Source of the DNA: Eledone cirrhosa
Taxonomy: Eukaryota
Length of the DNA: 64,000 bases
NCBI GenBank assembly: GCA_964016885.1
Contig: OZ024742.1
Coordinates: forward strand, 367,784,001 to 367,848,000
Direction: 5' to 3'
Shown: piece after piece, positions 1 to 13,200 of the stretch
Layout: every line of letters starts with the position of its first letter
Numbering within the stretch: the stretch's first letter is position 1
Notes under the pieces: model-generated
Seen by the model: the letters and a program-made list of their open reading frames with translations, nothing else
What the model was told of the DNA's origin: nothing
Databases searched by the model: none
Made by a program: the position numbers and the translations under genes

Positions 1-109
1 GTCCTGTATCATTTGGTGATCACTCATGGTGGAATGTTCGATTGGAAAACCAGCTGGTTTTATCTGGTCCTGTATCATTTGGTGATCACTAATGGTCGAA
101 TGTTCGATT

Positions 110-3100
110 GGAAAACCAGCTGGTTTGATCTGGTCCTGTGTCATTTGGTGATCACTAATTGTCGAATGTTCGATTGGAAAACCAGCTGGTTTGATCTGGT
201 CCTGTGTCATTTGGTGATCACTAATGGTAGAATGTTCGATTGGAAAACCAGCTGGTTTTATCTGGTCCTGTGTCATTTGGTGATCACTAATGGTCGAATG
301 TTCGATTGGAAAACCAGCTGGTTTTATCTGGTCCTGTGTCATTTGGTGATCACTAATTGTCGAATGTTCGATTGGAAAACCAGCTGGCTTGATCTGGTCC
401 TGTGTCATTTGGTGATCAATAATGGTCGAATGTTCGATTGGAAAATCAGCTGGTTTTATCTGGTCCTGTGTCATTTGGTGATCACTAATGGTCGAATGTT
501 CGATTGGAAAACCAGCTGGTTGTATCTGGTCCTGTGTCATTTGGTGATCTCTGTTGGTCGAATGTTCGATTGGAAAACCAGCTGGTTTCATCTGGTCCTG
601 TGTCTTTTGGTGTTCACTATTGGTCGAATGTTCGATTGGAAAACCAGCTGGTTTTATCTGCTCCTGTATCATTTGGTGGTCAATCATGGTCGAATGTTCG
701 ATTGGGAAACCAGCTGGTTTTATCTGGTCCTGTGTCATTTGGTGATCACTAATGGTCGAATGTTCGATTGGAAAATCAGCTGGTTTTATCTGGTCCTGTG
801 TCATTTGGTGATCACTAATGGTCGAATGTTCGATTGGAAAACCAGCTGGTTGTATCTGGTCCTGTATCATTTGGTGATCACTCATGGTCGAATGTTCGAT
901 TGGGAAACCAGCTGGTTTTATCTGGTCCTGTATCATTTGCTGATCACTCATGGTCGAATGTTCGATTGGGAAACCAGCTGGTTTTATCTGGTCCTGTATC
1001 ATTTGGTGATCACTCATGGTCGAATGTTCGATTGGGAAACCAGCTGGTTGTATCTGGTCCTGTATCATTTGGTGATCACTCATGGTCGAATGTTCGATTG
1101 GGAAACCAGCTGGTTCTATCTGGTCCTGTATCATTTGGTGATCACTCATGGTCGAATGTTCGATTGGGAAACCAGCTGGTTTTATCTGGTCCTGTATCAA
1201 TTGGTGATCACTCATGGTCGAATGTTCGATTGGAAAACCAGCTAGTTTTATCTGGTCCTGTATCATTTGGTGATCACTCATGGTCGAATGTTCGATTGGG
1301 AAACCAGCTAGTTTTATCTGGTCCTGTATCATTTGGTGATCACTCATGGTCGAATGTTCGATTGGGAAACCAGCTGGTTTGATCTGGTCCTGTGTCATTT
1401 GGTGATCACTAATTGTCGAATGTTCGATTGGAAAACCAGCTGGTTTTATCTGGTCCTCTGTCATTTGGTGATCACTAATGGTCGAATGTTCGATTGGAAA
1501 ACCAGCTGGTTTTATCTGGTCCTGTGTCATTTGGTGATCACTAATGGTCGAATGTTCGATTGGAAAACCAGCTGGTTTTATCTGGTCCTGTGTCATTTGG
1601 TGATCACTAATGGTCGAATGTTCGATTGGAAAACCAGCTGGTTTTATCTGGTCCTGTGTCATTTGGTGATCACTAATGGTCGAATGCTCGATTGGAAAAC
1701 CACCTGGCTTGATCTTGTCCTGTGTCATTTGGTGATCACTAATGGTCGAATGTTCGATTGGAAAATCAACTGGTTTTATCTGGTCCTGTGTCATTTGGTG
1801 ATCACTAATGGTCGAATGTTCGATTGGAAAACCAGCTGGTTGTATCTGGTCCTGTGTCATTTGGTGATCTCTGTTGGTCGAATGTTCGATTGGAAAACCA
1901 GCTGGTTTCATCTGGTCCTGTGTCTTTTGGTGTTCACTATTGGTCGAATGTTCGATTGGAAAACCAGCTGGTTTTATCTGTTCCTGTATCATTTGGTGAT
2001 CACACATGGTCGAATGTTCGATTGGGAAACCAGCTGGTTTTATCTGGTCCTGTATCATTTGGTGATCACTGATTGTCGAATGTTCGATTGGGAAACCAGC
2101 TCGTTGTATCTGGTCCTGTATCATTTGGTGATCACTCATGGTCGAATGTTCGATTGGGAAACCAGCTGGTTCTATCTGGTCCTGTATCATTTGGTGATCA
2201 CTCATGGTCGAATGTTCGATTGGGAAACCAGCTGGTTTTATCTGGTCCTGTATCAATTGGTGATCACTCATGGTCGAATGTTCGATTGGAAAATCAGCTG
2301 GTTTTATCTGGTCCTGTGTCATTTGGTGATCACTAATGGTCGAATGTTCGATTGGAAAACCAGCTGGTTGTATCTGGTCCTGTGTCTTTTGGTGTTCACT
2401 ATTGGTCGAATGTTCGATTGGAAAACCAGCTGGTTTTATCTGCTCCTGTATCATTTGGTGGTCAATCATGATCGAATGTTCGATTGGGAAACCAGCTGGT
2501 TGTATCTGGTCCTGTGTCATTTGGTAATCACTATTGGTCGAATGTTCGATTGGGAAAACAGCCTGTTTTATCTGGTCCTGTATCATTTGGTGATCACTCA
2601 TGGCCGAATGTTTGATTGGGAAACCAGCTGGTTTTATCTGGTCCTGTATCAGTGATCACTCATGGTGGAATGTTCGATTGGAAAACCAGCTGGTTTTATC
2701 TGGTCCTGTATCATTTGGTGATCACTAATGGTCGAATGTTCGATTGGAAAACCAGCTGGTTTTATCTGTTCCTGTGTCATTTGGTGATCACTAATTGTCG
2801 AATGTTCGATTGGAAAATCAGCTGGTTTTATCTGGTCCTGTGTCATTTGGTGATCACTAATGGTCGAATGTTCGATTGGAAAATCAGCTGGTTTTATCTG
2901 GTCCTGTGTCATTTGGTGATGACTAATGGTCGAATGTTCGATTGGAAAACCAGCTGGTTGTATCTGGTCCTGTATCATTTGGTGATCACTCATGGTCGAA
3001 TGTTCGATTGGGAAACCAGCTGATTTTATCTGGTCCTGTATCATTTGGTGATCACTCATGGTCGAATGTTCGATTGGGAAACCAGCTGGTTTTATCTGTC

Positions 3101-6100
3101 CTGTATCCTTTGGTGATCACTCATGGTCGAATGTTCGATTGGAAAACCAGCTGGTTTGATCTGGTCCTGTGTCATTTGGTGATCACTAATTGTCGAATGT
3201 TCGATTGGAAAACCAGCTGGTTTGATCTGGTCCTGTGTCATTTGGTGATCACTAATGGTAGAATGTTCGATTGGAAAACCAGCTGGTTTTATCTGGTCCT
3301 GTGTCATTTGGTGATCACTAATGGTCGAATGTTCGATTGGAAAATCAGCTGGTTTTATCTGGTCCTGTGTCATTTGGTGATCACTAATTGTCGAATGTTC
3401 GATTTGGAAAACCAGCTGGCTTGATCTGGTCCTGTGTCATTTGGTGATCACTAATGGTCGAATGTTCGATTGGAAATTCAGCTGGTTTTATCTGCTCCTG
3501 TATCATTTGGTGGTCAATCATGGTCGAATGTTCGATTGGGAAACCAGCTGGTTTTATCTGGTCCTGTGTCATTTGGTGATCACTAATGGTCGAATGTTCT
3601 ATTGGAAAACCAGCTGGTTGTATCTGGTCCTGTGTCATTTGGTGACCTCTGTTGGTCGAATGTTCGATTGGAAAACCAGCTGGTTTCATCTGGTCCTGTG
3701 TCTTTTGGTGTTCACTATTGGTCGAATGTTCGATTGGAAAACCAGCTGGTTTTATCTGCTCCTGTATCATTTGGTGGTCAATCATGGTCGAATGTTCGAT
3801 TGGGAAACCAGCTGGTTTTATCTGGTCCTGTGTCATTTGGTGATCACTAATGGTCGAATGGTCGATTGGAAAATCAGCTGGTTTTATCTGGTCCTGTGTC
3901 ATTTGGTGATCACTAATGGTCGAATGTTCGATTGGAAAACCAGCTGGTTGTATCTGGTCCTGTATCATTTGGTGATCACTCATGGTCGAATGTTCGATTG
4001 GGAAACCAGCTGGTTTTATCTGGTCCTGTATCATTTGCTGATCACTCATGGTCGAATGTTCGATTGGGAAACCAGCTGGTTTTATCTGGTCCTGTATCAT
4101 TTGGTGATCACTCATGGTCGAATGTTCGATTGGGAAACCAGCTGGTTGTATCTGGTCCTGTATCATTTGGTGATCACTAATGGTCGAATGTTCGATTGGG
4201 AAACCAGCTGGTTCTATCTGGTCCTGTATCATTTGGTGATCACTCATGGTCGAATGTTCGATTGGGAAACCAGCTGGTTTTATCTGGTCCTGTATCAATT
4301 GGTGATCACTCATGGTCGAATGTTCGATTGGAAAACCAGCTAGTTTTATCTGGTCCTGTATCATATGGTGATCACTCATGGTCGAATGTTCGATTGGGAA
4401 ACCAGCTGGTTTTATCTGGTCCTGTATCATTTGGTGATCACTCATGGTCGAATGTTCGATTGGGAAACCAGCTGGTTTTATCTGGTCCTGTATCAGAGAT
4501 CCCTCATGGTGGAATGTTCGATTGGAAAACCAGCTGGTTTTATCTGGTCCTGTATCATTTGGTGATCACTAATGGTCGAATGTTCGATTGGAAAACCAGC
4601 TGGTTTTATCTGTTCCTGTGTCATTTAGTGATCACTAATTGTCGAATGTTCGATTGGAAAATCAGCTGGTTTGATCTGGTCCTGTGTCATTTGGTGATGA
4701 CTAATGGTCGAATGTTCGATTGGAAAACCAGCTGGTTGTATCTGGTCCTGTGTCATTTGGTGATCACTAATGGTCGAATGTTCGATTGGAAAATCAGCTG
4801 GTTTTATCTGGTCCTGTGTCATTTGGTGATGACTAATGGTCGAATGTTCGATTGGAAAACCAGCTGGTTGTATCTGGTCCTGTATCATTTGGTGATCACT
4901 CATGGTCGAATGTTCGATTGGGAAACCAGCTGATTTTATCTGGTCCTGTATCATTTGGTGATCACTCATGGTCGAATGTTCGATTGGGAAACCAGCTGGT
5001 TTTATCTGGTCCTGTATCCTTTGGTGATCACTCATGGTCGAATGCTCGATTGGAAAACCAGCTGGTTTGATCTGGTCCTGTGTCATTTGGTGATCACTAA
5101 TTGTCGAATGTTCGATTGGAAAACCAGCTGGTTTGATCTGGTCCTGTGTCATTTGGTGATCACTAATGGTAGAATGTTCGATTGGAAAACCAGCTGGTTT
5201 TATCTGGTCCTGTGTCATTTGGTGATCACTAATGGTCGAATGTTCGATTGGAAAACCAGCTGGTTTTATCTGGTCCTGTGTCATTTGGTGATCACTAATT
5301 GTCGAATGTTCGATTGGAAAACCAGCTGGCTTGATCTGGTCCTGTGTCATTTGGTGATCAATAATGGTCGAATGTTCGATTGGAAAATCAGCTGGTTTTA
5401 TCTGGTCCTGTGTCATTTGGTGATCACTAATGGTCGAATGTTCGATTGGAAAACCAGCTGGTTGTATCTGGTCCTGTGTCATTTGGTGATCTCTGTTGGT
5501 CGAATGTTCGATTGGAAAACCAGCTGGTTTCATCTGGTCCTGTGTCTTTTGGTGTTCACTATTGGTCGAATGTTCGATTGGAAAACCAGCTGGTTTTATC
5601 TGCTCCTGTATCATTTGGTGGTCAATCATGGTCGAATGTTCGATTGGGAAACCAGCTGGTTTTATCTGGTCCTGTGTCATTTGGTGATCACTAATGGTCG
5701 AATGTTCGATTGGAAAATCAGCTGGTTTTATCTGGTCCTGTGTCATTTGGTGATCACTAATGGTCGAATGTTCGATTGGAAAACCAGCTGGTTGTATCTG
5801 GTCCTGTATCATTTGGTGATCACTCATGGTCGAATGTTCGATTGGGAAACCAGCTGGTTTTATCTGGTCCTGTATCATTTGCTGATCACTCATGGTCGAA
5901 TGTTCGATTGGGAAACCAGCTGGTTTTATCTGGTCCTGTATCATTTGGTGATCACTCATGGTCGAATGTTCGATTGGGAAACCAGCTGGTTGTATCTGGT
6001 CCTGTATCATTTGGTGATCACTCATGGTCGAATGTTCGATTGGGAAACCAGCTGGTTCTATCTGGTCCTGTATCATTTGGTGATCACTCATGGTCGAATG

Positions 6101-9100
6101 TTCGATTGGGAAACCAGCTGGTTTTATCTGGTCCTGTATCAATTGGTGATCACTCATGGTCGAATGTTCGATTGGAAAACCAGCTAGTTTTATCTGGTCC
6201 TGTATCATTTGGTGATCACTCATGGTCGAATGTTCGATTGGGAAACCAGCTAGTTTTATCTGGTCCTGTATCATTTGGTGATCACTCATGGTCGAATGTT
6301 CGATTGGGAAACCAGCTGGTTTGATCTGGTCCTGTGTCATTTGGTGATCACTAATTGTCGAATGTTCGATTGGAAAACCAGCTGGTTTTATCTGGTCCTC
6401 TGTCATTTGGTGATCACTAATGGTCGAATGTTCGATTGGAAAACCAGCTGGTTTTATCTGGTCCTGTGTCATTTGGTGATCACTAATGGTCGAATGTTCG
6501 ATTGGAAAACCAGCTGGTTTTATCTGGTCCTGTGTCATTTGGTGATCACTAATGGTCGAATGTTCGATTGGAAAACCAGCTGGTTTTATCTGGTCCTGTG
6601 TCATTTGGTGATCACTAATGGTCGAATGCTCGATTGGAAAACCACCTGGCTTGATCTTGTCCTGTGTCATTTGGTGATCACTAATGGTCGAATGTTCGAT
6701 TGGAAAATCAACTGGTTTTATCTGGTCCTGTGTCATTTGGTGATCACTAATGGTCGAATGTTCGATTGGAAAACCAGCTGGTTGTATCTGGTCCTGTGTC
6801 ATTTGGTGATCTCTGTTGGTCGAATGTTCGATTGGAAAACCAGCTGGTTTCATCTGGTCCTGTGTCTTTTGGTGTTCACTATTGGTCGAATGTTCGATTG
6901 GAAAACCAGCTGGTTTTATCTGTTCCTGTATCATTTGGTGATCACACATGGTCGAATGTTCGATTGGGAAACCAGCTGGTTTTATCTGGTCCTGTATCAT
7001 TTGGTGATCACTGATTGTCGAATGTTCGATTGGGAAACCAGCTCGTTGTATCTGGTCCTGTATCATTTGGTGATCACTCATGGTCGAATGTTCGATTGGG
7101 AAACCAGCTGGTTCTATCTGGTCCTGTATCATTTGGTGATCACTCATGGTCGAATGTTCGATTGGGAAACCAGCTGGTTTTATCTGGTCCTGTATCAATT
7201 GGTGATCACTCATGGTCGAATGTTCGATTGGAAAATCAGCTGGTTTTATCTGGTCCTGTGTCATTTGGTGATCACTAATGGTCGAATGTTCGATTGGAAA
7301 ACCAGCTGGTTGTATCTGGTCCTGTGTCTTTTGGTGTTCACTATTGGTCGAATGTTCGATTGGAAAACCAGCTGGTTTTATCTGCTCCTGTATCATTTGG
7401 TGGTCAATCATGATCGAATGTTCGATTGGGAAACCAGCTGGTTGTATCTGGTCCTGTGTCATTTGGTGATCACTATTGGTCGAATGTTCGATTGGGAAAA
7501 CAGCCTGTTTTATCTGGTCCTGTATCATTTGGTGATCACTCATGGCCGAATGTTTGATTGGGAAACCAGCTGGTTTTATCTGGTCCTGTATCAGTGATCA
7601 CTCATGGTGGAATGTTCGATTGGAAAACCAGCTGGTTTTATCTGGTCCTGTATCATTTGGTGATCACTAATGGTCGAATGTTCGATTGGAAAACCAGCTG
7701 GTTTTATCTGTTCCTGTGTCATTTGGTGATCACTAATTGTCGAATGTTCGATTGGAAAATCAGCTGGTTTTATCTGGTCCTGTGTCATTTGGTGATCACT
7801 AATGGTCGAATGTTCGATTGGAAAATCAGCTGGTTTTATCTGGTCCTGTGTCATTTGGTGATGACTAATGGTCGAATGTTCGATTGGAAAACCAGCTGGT
7901 TGTATCTGGTCCTGTATCATTTGGTGATCACTCATGGTCGAATGTTCGATTGGGAAACCAGCTGATTTTATCTGGTCCTGTATCATTTGGTGATCACTCA
8001 TGGTCGAATGTTCGATTGGGAAACCAGCTGGTTTTATCTGTCCTGTATCCTTTGGTGATCACTCATGGTCGAATGTTCGATTGGAAAACCAGCTGGTTTG
8101 ATCTGGTCCTGTGTCATTTGGTGATCACTAATTGTCGAATGTTCGATTGGAAAACCAGCTGGTTTGATCTGGTCCTGTGTCATTTGGTGATCACTAATGG
8201 TAGAATGTTCGATTGGAAAACCAGCTGGTTTTATCTGGTCCTGTGTCATTTGGTGATCACTAATGGTCGAATGTTCGATTGGAAAATCAGCTGGTTTTAT
8301 CTGGTCCTGTGTCATTTGGTGATCACTAATTGTCGAATGTTCGATTTGGAAAACCAGCTGGCTTGATCTGGTCCTGTGTCATTTGGTGATCACTAATGGT
8401 CGAATGTTCGATTGGAAATTCAGCTGGTTTTATCTGCTCCTGTATCATTTGGTGGTCAATCATGGTCGAATGTTCGATTGGGAAACCAGCTGGTTTTATC
8501 TGGTCCTGTGTCATTTGGTGATCACTAATGGTCGAATGTTCTATTGGAAAACCAGCTGGTTGTATCTGGTCCTGTGTCATTTGGTGACCTCTGTTGGTCG
8601 AATGTTCGATTGGAAAACCAGCTGGTTTCATCTGGTCCTGTGTCTTTTGGTGTTCACTATTGGTCGAATGTTCGATTGGAAAACCAGCTGGTTTTATCTG
8701 CTCCTGTATCATTTGGTGGTCAATCATGGTCGAATGTTCGATTGGGAAACCAGCTGGTTTTATCTGGTCCTGTGTCATTTGGTGATCACTAATGGTCGAA
8801 TGGTCGATTGGAAAATCAGCTGGTTTTATCTGGTCCTGTGTCATTTGGTGATCACTAATGGTCGAATGTTCGATTGGAAAACCAGCTGGTTGTATCTGGT
8901 CCTGTATCATTTGGTGATCACTCATGGTCGAATGTTCGATTGGGAAACCAGCTGGTTTTATCTGGTCCTGTATCATTTGCTGATCACTCATGGTCGAATG
9001 TTCGATTGGGAAACCAGCTGGTTTTATCTGGTCCTGTATCATTTGGTGATCACTCATGGTCGAATGTTCGATTGGGAAACCAGCTGGTTGTATCTGGTCC

Positions 9101-10250
9101 TGTATCATTTGGTGATCACTAATGGTCGAATGTTCGATTGGGAAACCAGCTGGTTCTATCTGGTCCTGTATCATTTGGTGATCACTCATGGTCGAATGTT
9201 CGATTGGGAAACCAGCTGGTTTTATCTGGTCCTGTATCAATTGGTGATCACTCATGGTCGAATGTTCGATTGGAAAACCAGCTAGTTTTATCTGGTCCTG
9301 TATCATATGGTGATCACTCATGGTCGAATGTTCGATTGGGAAACCAGCTGGTTTTATCTGGTCCTGTATCATTTGGTGATCACTCATGGTCGAATGTTCG
9401 ATTGGGAAACCAGCTGGTTTTATCTGGTCCTGTATCAGAGATCCCTCATGGTGGAATGTTCGATTGGAAAACCAGCTGGTTTTATCTGGTCCTGTATCAT
9501 TTGGTGATCACTAATGGTCGAATGTTCGATTGGAAAACCAGCTGGTTTTATCTGTTCCTGTGTCATTTAGTGATCACTAATTGTCGAATGTTCGATTGGA
9601 AAATCAGCTGGTTTGATCTGGTCCTGTGTCATTTGGTGATGACTAATGGTCGAATGTTCGATTGGAAAACCAGCTGGTTGTATCTGGTCCTGTGTCATTT
9701 GGTGATCACTAATGGTCGAATGTTCGATTGGAAAATCAGCTGGTTTTATCTGGTCCTGTGTCATTTGGTGATGACTAATGGTCGAATGTTCGATTGGAAA
9801 ACCAGCTGGTTGTATCTGGTCCTGTATCATTTGGTGATCACTCATGGTCGAATGTTCGATTGGGAAACCAGCTGATTTTATCTGGTCCTGTATCATTTGG
9901 TGATCACTCATGGTCGAATGTTCGATTGGGAAACCAGCTGGTTTTATCTGGTCCTGTATCCTTTGGTGATCACTCATGGTCGAATGCTCGATTGGAAAAC
10001 CAGCTGGTTTGATCTGGTCCTGTGTCATTTGGTGATCACTAATTGTCGAATGTTCGATTGGAAAACCAGCTGGTTTGATCTGGTCCTGTGTCATTTGGTG
10101 ATCACTAATGGTAGAATGTTCGATTGGAAAACCAGCTGGTTTTATCTGGTCCTGTGTCATTTGGTGATCACTAATGGTCGAATGTTCGATTGGAAAACCA
10201 GCTGGTTTTATCTGGTCCTATGTCATTTGGTGATCACTAATTGTCGAATG
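110..10250. repeat. Higher-order repeat of the 66-bp array, period 4942 bp (75 monomers minus 8 bp), about 2 copies
   Basis: ORF pairs offset by exactly 4942 (1333/6275, 2616/7558, 3441/8383, 4196/9138). Indel markers at ~2651 (-4), ~3098 (-1), ~3403 (+1) and ~4496 (-4) recur 4942 bp later and sum to -8 (75x66-8=4942). Confidence 0.95.
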
Positions 10251-13200
10251 TTCGATTTGGAAAACCAGCTGGCTTGATCTCGTCCTGTGTCATTTGGTGA
10301 TCACTAATGGTCGAATGTTCGATTGGGAAACCAGCTGGTTTTATCTGGTCCTGTATCAATTGGTGATCACTCATGGTCGAATGTTCGATTGGAAAACCAG
10401 CTAGTTTTATCTGGTCCTGTATCATATGGTGATCACTCATGGTCGAATGTTCGATTGGGAAACCAGCTGGTTTTATCTGGTCCTGTATCATTTGGTGATC
10501 ACTCATGGTCGAATGTTCGATTGGGAAACCAGCTGGTTTTATCTGGTCCTGTATCAGAGATCCCTCATGGTGGAATGTTCGATTGGAAAACCAGCTGGTT
10601 TTATCTGGTCCTGTATCATTTGGTGATCACTAATGGTCGAATGTTCGATTGGAAAACCAGCTGGTTTTATCTGTTCCTGTGTCATTTAGTGATCACTAAT
10701 TGTCGAATGTTCGATTGGAAAATCAGCTGGTTTTATCTGGTCCTGTGTCATTTGGTGATCACTAATGGTCGAATGTTCGATTGGAAAATCAGCTGGTTTT
10801 ATCTGGTCCTGTGTCATTTGGTGATGACTAATGGTCGAATGTTCGATTGGAAAACCAGCTGGTTGTATCTGGTCCTGTATCATTTGGTGATCACTCATGG
10901 TCGAATGTTCGATTGGGAAACCAGCTGATTTTATCTGGTCCTGTATCATTTGGTGATCACTCATGGTCGAATGTTCGATTGGGAAACCAGCTGGTTTTAT
11001 CTGGTCCTGTATCCTTTGGTGATCACTCATGGACGAATGCTCGATTGGAAAACCAGCTGGTTTGATCTGGTCCTGTGTCATTTGGTGATCACTAATTGTC
11101 GAATGTTCGATTGGAGAACCAGCTGGTTTGATCTGGTCCTGTGTCATTTGGTGATCACTAATGGTAGAATGTTCGATTGGAAAACCAGCTGGTTTTATCT
11201 GGTCCTGTGTCATTTGGTGATCACTAATGGTCGAATGTTCGATTGGAAAACCAGCTGGTTTTATCTGGTCCTGTATCATTTGGTGATCACTAATTGTCGA
11301 ATGTTCGATTTGGAAAACCAGCTGGCTTGATCTGGTCCTGTGTCATTTGGTGATCACTAATGGTCGAATGTTCTATTGGAAAACCAGCTGGTTGTATCTG
11401 GTCCTGTGTCATTTGGTGATCTCTGTTGGTCGAATGTTCGATTGGAAAACCAGCTGGTTTTATCTGCTCCTGTATCATTTGGTGGTCAATCATGGTCGAA
11501 TGTTCGATTGGGAAACCAGCTGGTTTTATCTGGTCCTGTGTCATTTGGTGATCACTAATGGTCGAATGTTCGATTGGAAAATCAGCTGGTTTTATCTGGT
11601 CCTGTGTCATTTGGTGATCACTAATGGTCGAATGTTCGATTGGAAAACCAGCTGGTTGTATCTGGTCCTGTATCATTTGGTGATTACTCATGGTCGAATG
11701 TTCGATTGGGAAACCAGCTGGTTTTATCTGGTCCTGTATCATTTGCTGATCACTCATGGTCGAATGTTCGATTGGGAAACCAGCTGGTTTTATCTGGTCC
11801 TGTATCATTTGGTGATCACTCATGGTCGAATGTTCGATTGGGAAACCAGCTGGTTGTATCTGGTCCTGTATCATTTGGTGATCACTCATGGTCGAATGTT
11901 CGATTGGGAAACCAGCTGGTTTTATCTGGTCCTGTATCATTTGCTGATCACTCATGGTCGAATGTTCGATTGGGAAACCAGCTGGTTTTATCTGGTCCTG
12001 TATCATTTGGTGATCACTCATGGTCGAATGTTCGATTGGGAAACCAGCTGGTTGTATCTGGTCCTGTATCATTTGGTGATCACTCATGGTCGAATGTTCG
12101 ATTGGGAAACCAGCTGGTTTTATCTGGTCCTGTATCAATTGGTGATCACTCATGGTCGAATGTTCGATTGGAAAACCAGCTAGTTTTATCTGGTCCTGTA
12201 TCATTTGGTGATCACTCATGGTCGAATGTTCGATTGGGAAACCAGCTGGTTTTATCTGGTCCTGTATCATTTGGTGATCACTCATGGTCGAATGTTCGAT
12301 TGGGAAACCAGCTGGTTTTATCTGGTCCTGTATCATTTGGTGATCACTCATGGCCGAATGTTCGATTGGGAAACCAGCTGGTTTTATCTGGTCCTGTATC
12401 ATTTGTTGATCACTCATGGTGGAATGTTCGATTGGAAAACCAGCTGGTTTTATCTGGTCCTGTATCATTTGGTGATCACTCATGGTCGAAAGTTCGATTG
12501 GAAAACCAGCTGGTTTTATCTGGTCCTGTATCATTTGGTGATCACTCATGGTCGAATGTTCGATTGGGAAACCAGCTGGTTTTATCTGGTCCTTTATCAT
12601 TTGGTGATCACTCATGGTCGAATGTTCGATTGGGAAAACAGCCTATTTTATCTGGTCCTGTATCATTTGGTGATCACTCATGGCCGAATGTTCGATTGGG
12701 AAACCAGCTGGTTTTATCTGGTCCTGTATCATTTGGTGATTACTCATGATGGAATGTTCGATTGGAAAACCAGCTGGTTTTATCTGGTCCTGTATCATTT
12801 GGTGATCACTAATGGTCGAATGTTCGATTGGAAAACCAGCTGGTTTTATCTGTTCCTGTGTCATTTGGTGATCACTAATTGTCGAATTGTTCGATTGGAA
12901 AATCAACTGGTTTTATCTGGTCCTGTGTCATTTGGTGATCACTAATGGTCGAACGTTCGATTGGAAAACCAGCTGGTTGTATCTGGTCCTGTATCATTTG
13001 GTGATCACTCATGGTCGAATGTTCGATTGGGAAACCAGCTGGTTTTATCTGCTCCTGTATCATTTGGTGATCACTCATGGTCGAAAGTTCGATTGGGAAA
13101 CTAGCTGGTTTTATCTGGTCCTGTATCATTTGGTGATCACTCATGGTCGAATGTTCGATTGGTAAACCAGCTGGTTTTATCTGGTCCTGTATCATTTGGT

